Origin: Nitrospirota bacterium
Lineage (GTDB): Bacteria > Nitrospirota > Nitrospiria > SBBL01 > SBBA01
Reading direction: 5' to 3'
DNA length: 56,118 nt
NCBI GenBank assembly: GCA_038059935.1
Contig: JBBTIN010000005.1
Coordinates: forward strand, 1-56,118
The translations under genes were made by a program, and so were the position numbers. A model generated the notes under the pieces. It was not told the origin of the DNA, did not search any database, and worked only from the letters and a program-made list of their open reading frames with translations. Shown in pieces: positions 1-8,181 of the stretch. The stretch's first letter is position 1; each line of letters opens with the position of its first letter.

Positions 1-202
1 TGGCAGCCTCAACTTGAAAATTGTCACGGGAGAGAAGCCTGCCCCTATGAGGGCCTTTCACCGCCTCCTCATGGGCATGCCCACTTTCCTCCTCACGGGA
101 TTCGCTCCCGTTGGATGTTTTCTCCGTTCGCAAAATGAGGAACGCGAGAACGGCGCCGATTGCAAGAATAACGAGGATGGAAATTATGCTTTTATTTTTC
201 AT
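1..202 (-). CDS. czcB: Heavy-metal efflux RND periplasmic adaptor subunit (CzcB/CusB-like), 5' part only, runs off the window edge
   Basis: Absent from the ORF track. Manual translation from ATG at 202 gives MKNKSIISILVILAIGAVLAFLILRTEK...GHAHEEAVKGPHRGRLL. N-terminal TM, His-rich linker, GGAGAGGG RBS, downstream of a czcC-like gene. Confidence 0.75.
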   Translation of the reverse strand, partial: MKNKSIISILVILAIGAVLAFLILRTEKTSNGSESREEESGHAHEEAVKGPHRGRLLSRDNFQVEAA

Positions 203-230
203 AGGTATTCCCTCTCCGTAGTTGATTATC

Positions 231-288
231 GTAGGGGCGCACCTGTGTGTGCGCCCAAAGCAGGGCAGACACACAGGTCTGCCCCTAC
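231..288. repeat. GTAG-type REP doublet (REPIN-like)
   Basis: GTAGGGGCGCACCTGTGTGTGCGCCC ... GGGCAGACACACAGGTCTGCCCCTAC: two inverted imperfect palindromes with GTAG/CTAC ends. Confidence 0.8.
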
Positions 289-299
289 CAATATTAAAA

Positions 300-445
300 T
301 AGTGTCTGAACGGAAACCCCCATCCTTGTCATTTCGACCGAAGGGAGAAATCTTCTGGCTCATTGCTGCTATAAGATTTCTCCTTGCAGTCGAAATGACA
401 GAGAAAGCGAAATAGCAGAAAAAGAGGGTTTCCGTTCAGACACTA
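300..445. mobile_element. MITE-like element: 20-bp TIR enclosing a palindromic core
   Basis: Perfect TIR TAGTGTCTGAACGGAAACCC / GGGTTTCCGTTCAGACACTA. Core TGTCATTTCGAC..GAGAAATCT..AGATTTCTC..GTCGAAATGACA. Related copy at 46254-46388. Confidence 0.75.
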
Positions 446-456
446 AATAACTCCCC

Positions 457-1767
457 TTACAACTGTTTTCCCACTAATCGCTCCACATCGGCAGCACTCT
501 TGTGATATTCCGTCAATGCACGCAGGTATTGCATCCTGACGCTCACAAGGGTTCGCTGTGCATCCAGAACATCTAACAAGTCAAATTTTCCCAGGCGATA
601 CCCTTCACTAACCGCGTCAAACGTTTCCTGTGCGCGGGGGAGAAGCGTCGTCTTAATCAGACTGGCTTCGGTGTAGGCCGTTACGAGCGCCCGATGGGCC
701 TCGGTGAGGGTGGTCACCAGGCGCAGCCTTGTAGCGCGCCGCGCAACCTCGGCTATTGTCTCTCGTATGCGCGCCTCCTCAACGGCCCCCTCGTTGCGAT
801 TTACGATCGGCAGGGGAAGGCTCATGCCAACAAGAAAGGCGGTATCCCCCCGTTCGGAAAATTGCCGAATGCCGAAACTTAAAGTGAGATCAGGAATCGC
901 CTGTGCCTTTTCTAAATCCACTGCGGCGCGGCGCTGATTCAACTCGGCTTCCAAACGGGCCATGTCCGGATTTCTATCAAGATGCGGAATCAGTTGGGAA
1001 AGCGGGGCAACCTGCGATAGTGTTTCCATCTCCCCTTTTGCCGAATGAAAAGAGGCGACCGAACTGCCCCATGTAGTGGCAAGGGTCTCACGCGCTGCCT
1101 GTAAGTCCAAATCAGAGCGTTTCAGATCAATTTGGCTTGCGGCAAGAAGAAGGGTAGCCTTCGTTTCTTCAATGGGGGAACCCTTCCCTGCGCGCACCCG
1201 CTCCGCCACAATCCTTGTGACTTGTTCCGCCAAATGAGTCGCCTCCGTAAGATAAGCGTGCTGTTGCTGCGCGCCAAGCAAGGCAACAAAGGCCGATGTC
1301 ACCTCTGCCGTGATTTCGTTTCGCTTGGCTAAAATATCCCATTTTGTCAAATCTTGGGTCAGAGAAGCCTTCCGTGTCCGCGCGAACCGTTTTCCCCCAA
1401 GCTCAATGGATTGGCTCCATTGGAGGGTTGTCTGCATTTGATCAATGCCCTGAAACGCCCCCGATCCGGCAATATCTTCCAAACTAGCGCTCAAGATGGG
1501 ATTGGGGGGAAGCCCCGCTTGACGGGTCGCCGCCTCGCGTGCCTGCTCCTCATGAGATAGCATCGTCAGTTCCGGATGACGTGATAAGGCCATCGAAAGC
1601 GCCCGATTCAATGTCAGATCGAAGGTGGGCTCTTCCAAATCGGATGAAAAAGGCCGAGCCGAATCACTTTGTGTTGCCATGTTGGAAGCCTCGGCATCCA
1701 TCGCGATGGCGTGGCCGGTTGCCGTTCCAAATAGCAGAATAAAAAAAATCGTCATGATCAATTGCAT
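457..1767 (-). CDS. czcC: TolC-family outer membrane efflux protein, CzcC-like
   Basis: Signal peptide; motifs LPPNP, IELGGKR, PDLTLSFG, GYRLGKFDLLDVLDAQRTL typical of CzcC. Confidence 0.85.
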   Translation of the reverse strand: MQLIMTIFFILLFGTATGHAIAMDAEASNMATQSDSARPFSSDLEEPTFDLTLNRALSMALSRHPELTMLSHEEQAREAATRQAGLPPNPILSASLEDIAGSGAFQGIDQMQTTLQWSQSIELGGKRFARTRKASLTQDLTKWDILAKRNEITAEVTSAFVALLGAQQQHAYLTEATHLAEQVTRIVAERVRAGKGSPIEETKATLLLAASQIDLKRSDLDLQAARETLATTWGSSVASFHSAKGEMETLSQVAPLSQLIPHLDRNPDMARLEAELNQRRAAVDLEKAQAIPDLTLSFGIRQFSERGDTAFLVGMSLPLPIVNRNEGAVEEARIRETIAEVARRATRLRLVTTLTEAHRALVTAYTEASLIKTTLLPRAQETFDAVSEGYRLGKFDLLDVLDAQRTLVSVRMQYLRALTEYHKSAADVERLVGKQL

Positions 1768-1870
1768 GAACTCCTCTTTTTTCGTATGTCATGCCGGAGG
1801 AGGTCGGTATCCAGATCCCCCAGCAATACTATTATGAATTTGTTAAGTGTACTGTGATGTTGGTTGACTC

Positions 1871-1915
1871 ACCGCGACCAACGGGAGTGGTCAGTTCGCT
1901 CCCGCCCGTGGCGGG
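1871..1915 (+). repeat. Stop-abutting hairpin element (GACCAACGGGA module plus CCCGCC-GGCGGG hairpin)
   Basis: ACCGC-GACCAACGGGA-GTGGT followed by CCCGCCCGTGGCGGG, ending at the stop codon at 1916. Confidence 0.75.
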
Positions 1916-2380
1916 TCAGATGCGGAGAACGGTGGTTTTGAGAATGGCAAGCGTAAGAGACCGAGGGAAATCCAAAGAGGAACGGGTTGGAGTAAAATCG
2001 GCGGGGATCATTGTGAATCGAATCGGGGCGGCTGTTGAATGGAAAAGGCGGTGGGCTATTTTAGAGACCTGCGTGGAGACAATTTGCGGCTTAAGTGGAG
2101 AGAGATGGAACGCATGATCGGCTGTGTCAGATGCTGCAGGAGAAGCATTGCCAAGTGCAAGGGGTACGACCCCTGCGAGGGTCGAATTGGCATGCGCATC
2201 GTGATGGCCGGGATGATGCAGAACCAAGTCGAGATGGTTCTGGTCATGAATCATGATAACTTGATGCGGGTGCAACAGGACAGCCAAAAAAGGAAGACCC
2301 AGCACGCTTCCGCAAAGAAAGGCAAAGAGAGACACCACGCTAATTGATTTTTGCAGCAGGGTTGTTTTTCTTTGCGACAT
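1916..2380 (-). CDS. His-rich membrane-anchored hypothetical protein upstream of czcC
   Basis: TM segment, then HPHQVIMIHDQNHLDLVLHHPGHHDAH, C-terminus LKTTVLRI. Start at 2380 or 2398. Confidence 0.6.
   Translation of the reverse strand: MSQRKTTLLQKSISVVSLFAFLCGSVLGLPFLAVLLHPHQVIMIHDQNHLDLVLHHPGHHDAHANSTLAGVVPLALGNASPAASDTADHAFHLSPLKPQIVSTQVSKIAHRLFHSTAAPIRFTMIPADFTPTRSSLDFPRSLTLAILKTTVLRI
2161..2179 (+). repeat. RCG-loop micro-hairpin, in-frame within the His-rich ORF
   Basis: GGGGT-ACG-ACCCC-TGCGAG; encodes LAGVVP on the minus strand. Confidence 0.7.
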
Positions 2381-2479
2381 AATAAAATTCCAGATCAACC
2401 CCTTATGGATGGGTCATCCTCTGCCAAAAACAGGAGTGATGTCAAGAAACGCATTGGCCATATCCATGACATTCAAAAC

Positions 2480-2848
2480 TCATCGGGAGAAATGATCCTC
2501 CAGATTTTCGTTCAACGTAAAAATAATCATTCGTTCCCCTGTCTTCGTGCTGATATCGGTATGGAGGCTAATCACCTTGAGGCCGGTGACATTCTCAATC
2601 GCTTCTTTGATCAACGCTTTGCCCTGCTCTAACAAATTGGAACGTATCTTTTTAATCAGGCTAATTCCCTCCGAATTTTTGGCCAGTTGTTGCTCTGCCG
2701 GAGTCAGCACCCCTTTCAGCCGAACCAAAACCATATCTTCAATGACGAATGCCTTTGTTTCTTGTGGGCCTCGGCCCATGTAATCCTTTTCAAACTGGAT
2801 TAAGGCATTACTGATCTCTGCCTCTATTTGCCCTTTTGTTCTTCTCAT
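2480..2848 (-). CDS. DUF2294 / MpsC-family protein
   Basis: TKGQIEAEISNALIQFEKDYMGRGP...LKGVLTPAEQQL...ISLHTDISTKTGERMIIF matches the DUF2294 signature. Confidence 0.85.
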   Translation of the reverse strand: MRRTKGQIEAEISNALIQFEKDYMGRGPQETKAFVIEDMVLVRLKGVLTPAEQQLAKNSEGISLIKKIRSNLLEQGKALIKEAIENVTGLKVISLHTDISTKTGERMIIFTLNENLEDHFSR

Positions 2849-2858
2849 TGAATTGTCC

Positions 2859-3701
2859 TTAAGATGGAAATGCCGCACGGATCACAATCCGCATCTTTTG
2901 AATCCACGAAAGTCGAATGGAACGATCTAAAACGTCAAACGGTTTCTCATCAATTCGATCCATCAACGCAATATAGACCTGACGCATCAGCGAAAGCGCG
3001 AACCGCGCATCAGCATCCACAAGCGAAATCAACGCGGCCGATTTTTCAAAAAGCGCACGGATACGATCCGACTGAAATCGAACCAATTTCAAAAAGGCGT
3101 CATTTTTCGTTTTTGATAAAAGCGCCGCTTCGGAATAACCACATGCCGCTATTTCGTCTAGTGGCAGATAGATACGACCGCGATTCAAATCCTCTCCAAC
3201 GTCGCGGAGAATATTGGTGAGTTGCAACGCGGTAGAAAGCGCCTGTCCATATTCATAAGCCAATGGATCGTGAAATCCAAAGACCGGCAACGAGAGGTCG
3301 GAAATGGTGGTCGCCACTTTATCACAATAAACCAACAGCGCATCATAAGTGGGATAGCGGTTGATTGTGCAATCCATCTTACATCCGGCAATGAGTCCCA
3401 AAAAACCTTCAATCGGAATCGGATATTTTTTGATCGCATCAGAAAGCGCAATGCCAATCGGATGAGAAGGCGTTTGCTGGTAACAACGCACCAACTCTTC
3501 TTCCCATTCTTTTAAGAGGAGATCAATCGGTTTGACTTGATGCTCATCTACAATATCATCGGCATAGCGGCAAAAGGCATAGACTGCAAAAATCGCTTTT
3601 CGCTTTGAAGGCGGCAAAAACCGAAACCCAACAGAAAAATGAGGCCCCTGTTGATTCGTTATATTCTGACAGTAGCGGTATGCGCCTTCCACACTGATCA
3701 T
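2859..3701 (-). CDS. Phytoene/squalene synthase family protein (CrtB/HpnD-like)
   Basis: YAFCRYADDIVD, YCDKVA, LQLTNILRDVGEDLNRGRIYLP motifs. ATG at 3701 overlaps the upstream stop (ATGA). Confidence 0.88.
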   Translation of the reverse strand: MISVEGAYRYCQNITNQQGPHFSVGFRFLPPSKRKAIFAVYAFCRYADDIVDEHQVKPIDLLLKEWEEELVRCYQQTPSHPIGIALSDAIKKYPIPIEGFLGLIAGCKMDCTINRYPTYDALLVYCDKVATTISDLSLPVFGFHDPLAYEYGQALSTALQLTNILRDVGEDLNRGRIYLPLDEIAACGYSEAALLSKTKNDAFLKLVRFQSDRIRALFEKSAALISLVDADARFALSLMRQVYIALMDRIDEKPFDVLDRSIRLSWIQKMRIVIRAAFPS

Positions 3702-4843
3702 TTTGTGCCCCGACGCGCCGCCCGATCTCGGCACCAGTGTTCCAAAAACGGATGCGTACAAGTGTGAGACGTTTCTTTTCGCCAAAGTTGTTTTACAATC
3801 GGAAAGAGCGCGCTCTTCCAAAAAGAGGGGGCATGCCACTTCGCCAAATAGGCTTTGAAATCGCGTCCCTCCGCCTGACGAACAAAATGAGACAGTCCGG
3901 CATTCCCGCCCGATTCGTAAAGTGCTCGATTCACCAAACTCACCTCCTGCGCATTTCCAAACGCTTCTTTCCAAAGCCTGTCGTAATTTTCAGATGAGAT
4001 AAAACTTTGTGCCGCAAAATGGCCGGTCATGATGGCATAGCGCAGTCCCAATCCAAAAAGATAATCTTGAAATCCGCCGGCTTCTCCGACATACAGTTTC
4101 TGATCATGAATTGCCGATTGTTTTAGACTAAAATCCATAAAGGAATAACCGGTCTTTTTGCTTTGAATGGTAAAGGGGGTAATCTCTAAAAACCGCGCAA
4201 GTGCAGCGTCAAAATACCGGTTTATCTGGGGAAGATCGCGCGTGATGGCGCATCCCAAGGTCGCCTCGCCTTCGTGCACAAAAAGATAGGCGTAGCCTCC
4301 GGGGGAAATCGTTTTATCAAACAAAACCCAAACGATATTGGGATGATCCGTTAAAAAACACATCTCTTTCGCAAGGCCGTCCGCACGGGTGGGGCCGGTT
4401 GCGACAATGTCCACGTCATGCGCGGTCACCCTTTGCCCATAATAAACCATGACGTCCGCTGCAAGTGCCTGATCGAGTAGGCCCTGATCTAAACTAATCT
4501 TATCGTCTTTTTTATGGCTGGTTCCCCGTTTAATCAAGTAGCAAAAGGGGGTTTCACTGCGAACTGTTTTAGAAACGAGCCGATGATCAAATAGGGTCGC
4601 CTCACGAACGCCGGAAACGAAGAAGTTCGTGGCAATCCCAATCTTGTTGAGCATTTCCAGAAAATCCGTTGCCCCGCTGCCGTTTTCCAGCACTTGGAAA
4701 TCGCCAATAAATCGAGCGCCAACGGCCTCGCGTGCATCGAAGACTTCGACGTTATATCCTGCTTTTGCGAGACCAATCGCCGCGGTCAGTCCCGACGGCC
4801 CTGCCCCTGCAATCTTGATTTTTTTTGTTTGTGTTCTTTCCAT
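3698..4843 (-). CDS. FAD/NAD(P)-dependent oxidoreductase, geranylgeranyl-reductase-like
   Basis: IAGAGPSGLTAA Rossmann motif, PGGYAYLF, YVGEAGGFQD. Confidence 0.8.
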   Translation of the reverse strand: MERTQTKKIKIAGAGPSGLTAAIGLAKAGYNVEVFDAREAVGARFIGDFQVLENGSGATDFLEMLNKIGIATNFFVSGVREATLFDHRLVSKTVRSETPFCYLIKRGTSHKKDDKISLDQGLLDQALAADVMVYYGQRVTAHDVDIVATGPTRADGLAKEMCFLTDHPNIVWVLFDKTISPGGYAYLFVHEGEATLGCAITRDLPQINRYFDAALARFLEITPFTIQSKKTGYSFMDFSLKQSAIHDQKLYVGEAGGFQDYLFGLGLRYAIMTGHFAAQSFISSENYDRLWKEAFGNAQEVSLVNRALYESGGNAGLSHFVRQAEGRDFKAYLAKWHAPSFWKSALFPIVKQLWRKETSHTCTHPFLEHWCRDRAARRGTK

Positions 4844-4989
4844 CCGCTTCTCACAATTTGGCATGATTCTAGCCGAAATCCAAAAATAAAACACTGTACT
4901 AGAAAAGAACCAACTTTGTTGACAGATTTTTTTGATTTATGTTACTTATTTTATAGGTATTTTCTTAAAAAATTAGAGAGGATGTTGTC

Positions 4990-5448
4990 ATGGATATTAG
5001 ACAAGGCATTGCCATCTACGTCAAAAAAGAAATTCGATCGGGTCGTGCTGATGAGAAAGAAACCGCTCCGTCTGCCGTTACGTTTCAAATTGGTGGCCAA
5101 CTGATTCGCATTGCGATTGGGTCTACTCCGATCATCGATCACGGCGATAAAATTATTGTTGCGGGCAAGATAGATAAAAAAGAGGTCTTGCATGTTTATG
5201 CCTACAAGAATCTGACCAAAATTGTTGAGGGTTCTGCCGGCTGGGAAACGCGCTTTGCACTTTCTGCGATTGCTTTGCTGCCGTCGCTATTTTTTAACGA
5301 CCTGCTATTGGCCTTCATCGCAGGTAGTTTGTATTTCTTTTTTCACGGCGTCAATGTCGTCAATGCAATTGAGCGCGTTCGATCAGAAATCTGGAGCGGT
5401 CCAATCGAGCAAACCACCGTGGATCAAACCGCAGAACAATCCGCTTAA
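4990..5448 (+). CDS. Hypothetical protein with small beta domain and two C-terminal TM helices
   Basis: 152-aa ORF with an AGGA RBS-like sequence and an upstream TTGACA at 4919. Confidence 0.6.
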   Translation: MDIRQGIAIYVKKEIRSGRADEKETAPSAVTFQIGGQLIRIAIGSTPIIDHGDKIIVAGKIDKKEVLHVYAYKNLTKIVEGSAGWETRFALSAIALLPSLFFNDLLLAFIAGSLYFFFHGVNVVNAIERVRSEIWSGPIEQTTVDQTAEQSA

Positions 5449-5453
5449 GGGAT

Positions 5454-5479
5454 AGAGAAAGAACCTTTTCGTTCAGACA
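5454..5479. repeat. Solo right end of the TAGTGTCTGAAC MITE family
   Basis: AGAGAAAGAACCTTTTCGTTCAGACA is identical over 26 bp to 46360-46385. Confidence 0.75.
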
Positions 5480-5480
5480 T

Positions 5481-5593
5481 TCATTAGGATATCACCTGTA
5501 CCAAGACCCGTATCCCCGCTTCGACATCACCCGATTCTTCTTCAATGACAATCAAGCCGTTTGCCTGGGTCAAAGACACTAGGTTTGCGGAGT
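5481..5593 (-). pseudogene. Detached duplicate of the moeA 3' end
   Basis: Translates SANLVSLTQANGLIVIEEESGDVEAGIRVLVQVIS then two stops. 5491-5593 aligns ungapped to 6848-6950 with 15 mismatches in 103 bp (manual count). Confidence 0.85.
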
Positions 5594-5599
5594 ATCTAA

Positions 5600-6790
5600 A
5601 TGGATTCAAAAGTATCTGAAAGGACTCGTTTTGTATCTGATACACAATTTCAAAATAAAGTCATTTTCTTTTTTCCTTGTTTACTTTATAAAGTCAATGC
5701 TGAATTATTCGATCAATTAGACTTTGATGATGACAATATTTTCCTTGAACCGCTCCTCTTTGCTTACTTTACTGACCCTCACCCCGTGATTCAGCTTGAG
5801 CAAATTCTCTTTGGTTATATCCCCGAGGAGACCCGTCCAAAAATGATCCACGTCTATGCCAATTCGGATGGAATTGTTGAACTCCCAATCGTTGGGTCCC
5901 TTCATACAAGCATTCATAATGCAACGCTTCGTCTGGTTTGGAGAAACGGTTTCGGAAACTGTGTATTAGAGAATGCTGAGGGTTCAAGTGTCACGATACA
6001 TAGCCGTAGTCAACCCGTTTTTGCAGAAGGAACATCGATCGAGATTTGTCGCTATAATCACCCTTTGTTGGAGCGGTTTTTTGTCAATGATGCTGGACAA
6101 CGGGTTGACGTTGACATTGAAAATATCACGCGTCTGCATTTCAGTCATATCAGCTGTGCACTTGACTTGATTAAAGGATTTTTGCCCGATTATTATAAAA
6201 GCATTCTAGCAGTGACTAGAAGAATTATGGTCTATAGTGGCAAGCGTCCATTTTCATTTGCAACGGTTTCAGCACACGGGATTGTATTTTTGAATGCCTC
6301 CAAAGAGGATAACCAATTATTCTTCTTAGAGGACATCATCCATCAATGCGGCCACATTATCTTCAGTGCCATGACTATTGATCCCCAGAAAATTATTAAA
6401 ATTCAGAGCCATACACCTCTCAATCATTTGAATGGCGATAAACGTGATGGTCGTGACATTTATACGACACTCCATGGTGTATTTACCGAGGCTTGGATGA
6501 ATTTATGTCTAGATCGGGGCTGCGATAGTAAACAATTTCCTCTGTTTCAAAGGCACGAATTATTTGGCCGTTTTGCACTGATCTTCACGCGGTTTGGGTG
6601 CGATCTCAAAAGCTTGATGGTGAGTGGCCTCTTCACTGAGCAAGGACAGCAGTTGTTCAATTGTCTTACGAATATCTATCAGGATATTGTCAGCAGAAGG
6701 TATAACCAACTTTCACAAATTAAGATATCGAATCAAAAATATTGCTTTAGCCGTGCAGATTTTTTACGACTGAACCCTCTTGATCAATAG
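5600..6790 (+). CDS. HExxH-motif-like protein (HQCGH variant), possible aKG-HExxH peptide-modifying enzyme
   Basis: SFATVSAHGIVFLN...LEDIIHQCGH...RDIYTTLHGVF spacing resembles aKG-HExxH family motifs; visibly AT-richer than flanking genes. Confidence 0.55.
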   Translation: MDSKVSERTRFVSDTQFQNKVIFFFPCLLYKVNAELFDQLDFDDDNIFLEPLLFAYFTDPHPVIQLEQILFGYIPEETRPKMIHVYANSDGIVELPIVGSLHTSIHNATLRLVWRNGFGNCVLENAEGSSVTIHSRSQPVFAEGTSIEICRYNHPLLERFFVNDAGQRVDVDIENITRLHFSHISCALDLIKGFLPDYYKSILAVTRRIMVYSGKRPFSFATVSAHGIVFLNASKEDNQLFFLEDIIHQCGHIIFSAMTIDPQKIIKIQSHTPLNHLNGDKRDGRDIYTTLHGVFTEAWMNLCLDRGCDSKQFPLFQRHELFGRFALIFTRFGCDLKSLMVSGLFTEQGQQLFNCLTNIYQDIVSRRYNQLSQIKISNQKYCFSRADFLRLNPLDQ

Positions 6791-6834
6791 AGTAAAACAG
6801 TGGAGGAACAAACACCAATGTCTAAACAGGACGA

Positions 6835-8052
6835 TCAAAATAAAGACATCACCTGCACCGACACCATTGCCCCCGCTTCGACATCACCTGATTGTGCTTC
6901 AATGACAATCAATCCGTTTGCTTGGGTCAAAGACACGAGATTTGCAGAGTCTTGATCCCCTGTTGGGGTCACTTGATATTCGCCATCTTGGAGGCTCAGC
7001 CTTCCCCGCACAAAATGGCATCGGCCTTCTTCTCGCAGGGGTCGTACCTCTTTCTCAATCGGTGCCATGAGTTTCGCTTGTACCACCGGAAGAAATAAAT
7101 CGTTGCGCCCTTGCGATGCGAGCAGCGCCGGACGCACAAACTGATCAAAGGTCACCATCGCGGAGACGGGATTCCCCGGAAGCCCAAACGCAATCTTTCC
7201 AGCAATGCGTCCAAACGCAAGTGGCTTCCCGGGCTTCATCGCCACCTTCCAAAATTTCATCGTGAGCACCTCTTTGACAATATCGTAATCGCCAACAGAA
7301 ACCCCACCCGATAACAAAATAAAGTCGGCCTCTTTGGCTTTTTCCAATTTGGAAGTGAGGTCGGCCAGATTATCTTTTGCAATCCCTAAAGAAAGAGGAC
7401 CCCCGCCCGCCTCGGTCACTTGGGCTGCCAATCCATATCCATTGCTATTATAAATCTGGTGCGGTTCTCGCTTCTGATGAATATCAACCAGTTCGTCCCC
7501 CGTAGATAAAATAGCGACGATTGGCCGTTTAGAAACAGAAACCGTCGTCACCCCAATCGCCGCCATCAGCGCAATTTCATAAGACCGAATGACAATCCCC
7601 GGTGAAAGCAGCAATGCTCCTTCACGAATCACGCCCCCACGCGGTCGAATAAACGCTCCAGCAGGAACGGGACGGGTCAACGTGATGGTCTGATCTGATC
7701 CGACTTTGATGTCCTCGATTTTGATGATGGCATCGGCTCCTTCTGGAATCGGCGCGCCGGTCATGACCTTGGATGTCGTTCCCTTCGTAACGGCTTTTGT
7801 CGGGATGACTCCAGCGCGAATGATTTCAATCACCGTTAGCGTGCAAGGATTATTTTCAAGTGCAAATTGGGACTCTTCTGATTGAATGGCGTAGCCGTCC
7901 ATGGCGGAGCGATCCCACGGCGGGTCGGCGATTTTTGAAACAATGGATTCGGCAAGAATCCGTCCTAGCGAAAGGGAAAGAGGGACACTCTCGTAGCCTA
8001 CTGGCGTGATTTCGGAGAGAATTGTTTTTTGGGCTTCAGCAACAGAAAGCAT
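6835..8052 (-). CDS. moeA: Molybdopterin molybdotransferase
   Basis: PPWDRSAMDGYA, MTGAPIPEGADA, STGDEL, SGGVSVGDYD, MKPGKP, GLPGNPVS. Confidence 0.95.
   Translation of the reverse strand: MLSVAEAQKTILSEITPVGYESVPLSLSLGRILAESIVSKIADPPWDRSAMDGYAIQSEESQFALENNPCTLTVIEIIRAGVIPTKAVTKGTTSKVMTGAPIPEGADAIIKIEDIKVGSDQTITLTRPVPAGAFIRPRGGVIREGALLLSPGIVIRSYEIALMAAIGVTTVSVSKRPIVAILSTGDELVDIHQKREPHQIYNSNGYGLAAQVTEAGGGPLSLGIAKDNLADLTSKLEKAKEADFILLSGGVSVGDYDIVKEVLTMKFWKVAMKPGKPLAFGRIAGKIAFGLPGNPVSAMVTFDQFVRPALLASQGRNDLFLPVVQAKLMAPIEKEVRPLREEGRCHFVRGRLSLQDGEYQVTPTGDQDSANLVSLTQANGLIVIEAQSGDVEAGAMVSVQVMSLF
7032..7050 (-). repeat. RCG-loop micro-hairpin, in-frame within moeA
   Basis: Minus strand GAGGT-ACG-ACCCC-TGCGAG; encodes VRPLRE. 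Confidence 0.65.
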
Positions 8053-8079
8053 AAACGGCTTTATATTAAATAATTCAAA

Positions 8080-8105
8080 GGGCAACCACGAGGGATTGCC
8101 CCTAC
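8080..8105. repeat. GTAG-type REP
   Basis: GGGCAACCACGAGGGATTGCCC-CTAC. Confidence 0.7.
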
Positions 8106-8143
8106 AATATTACACAATGCAACAATGTAACGGGTTATCCTAA

Positions 8144-8181
8144 TCGCGACCAACGGGAGCGACAATCTGCGCCCTCCGCGC
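8144..8181 (+). repeat. Stop-abutting GACCAACGGGA hairpin element
   Basis: TCGC-GACCAACGGGA-GCGA directly downstream of the folE stop. Confidence 0.75.

Noticed and set aside
14-415. 133-aa plus-strand ORF
   Set aside because: It is antisense to the czcB-like gene and runs through a REP and a MITE; there is no protein-family signal.
1175-1194. GGGGAACCCTTCCCTGCG in czcC as another micro-hairpin
   Set aside because: The loop is not RCG, and the peptide AGKGSP fits the normal CzcC sequence.
3702-3974. N-terminal extension of the synthase in the ORF track (likewise 9928-10065, 36456-36641, 48543-48581)
   Set aside because: These extensions overlap neighbouring genes or a tRNA; downstream starts fit family N-termini and stop-start overlaps.
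5491-6950. moeA repeat pair as a diversity-generating retroelement TR/VR
   Set aside because: Mismatches are not restricted to adenines, many are synonymous, and no reverse transcriptase is present.
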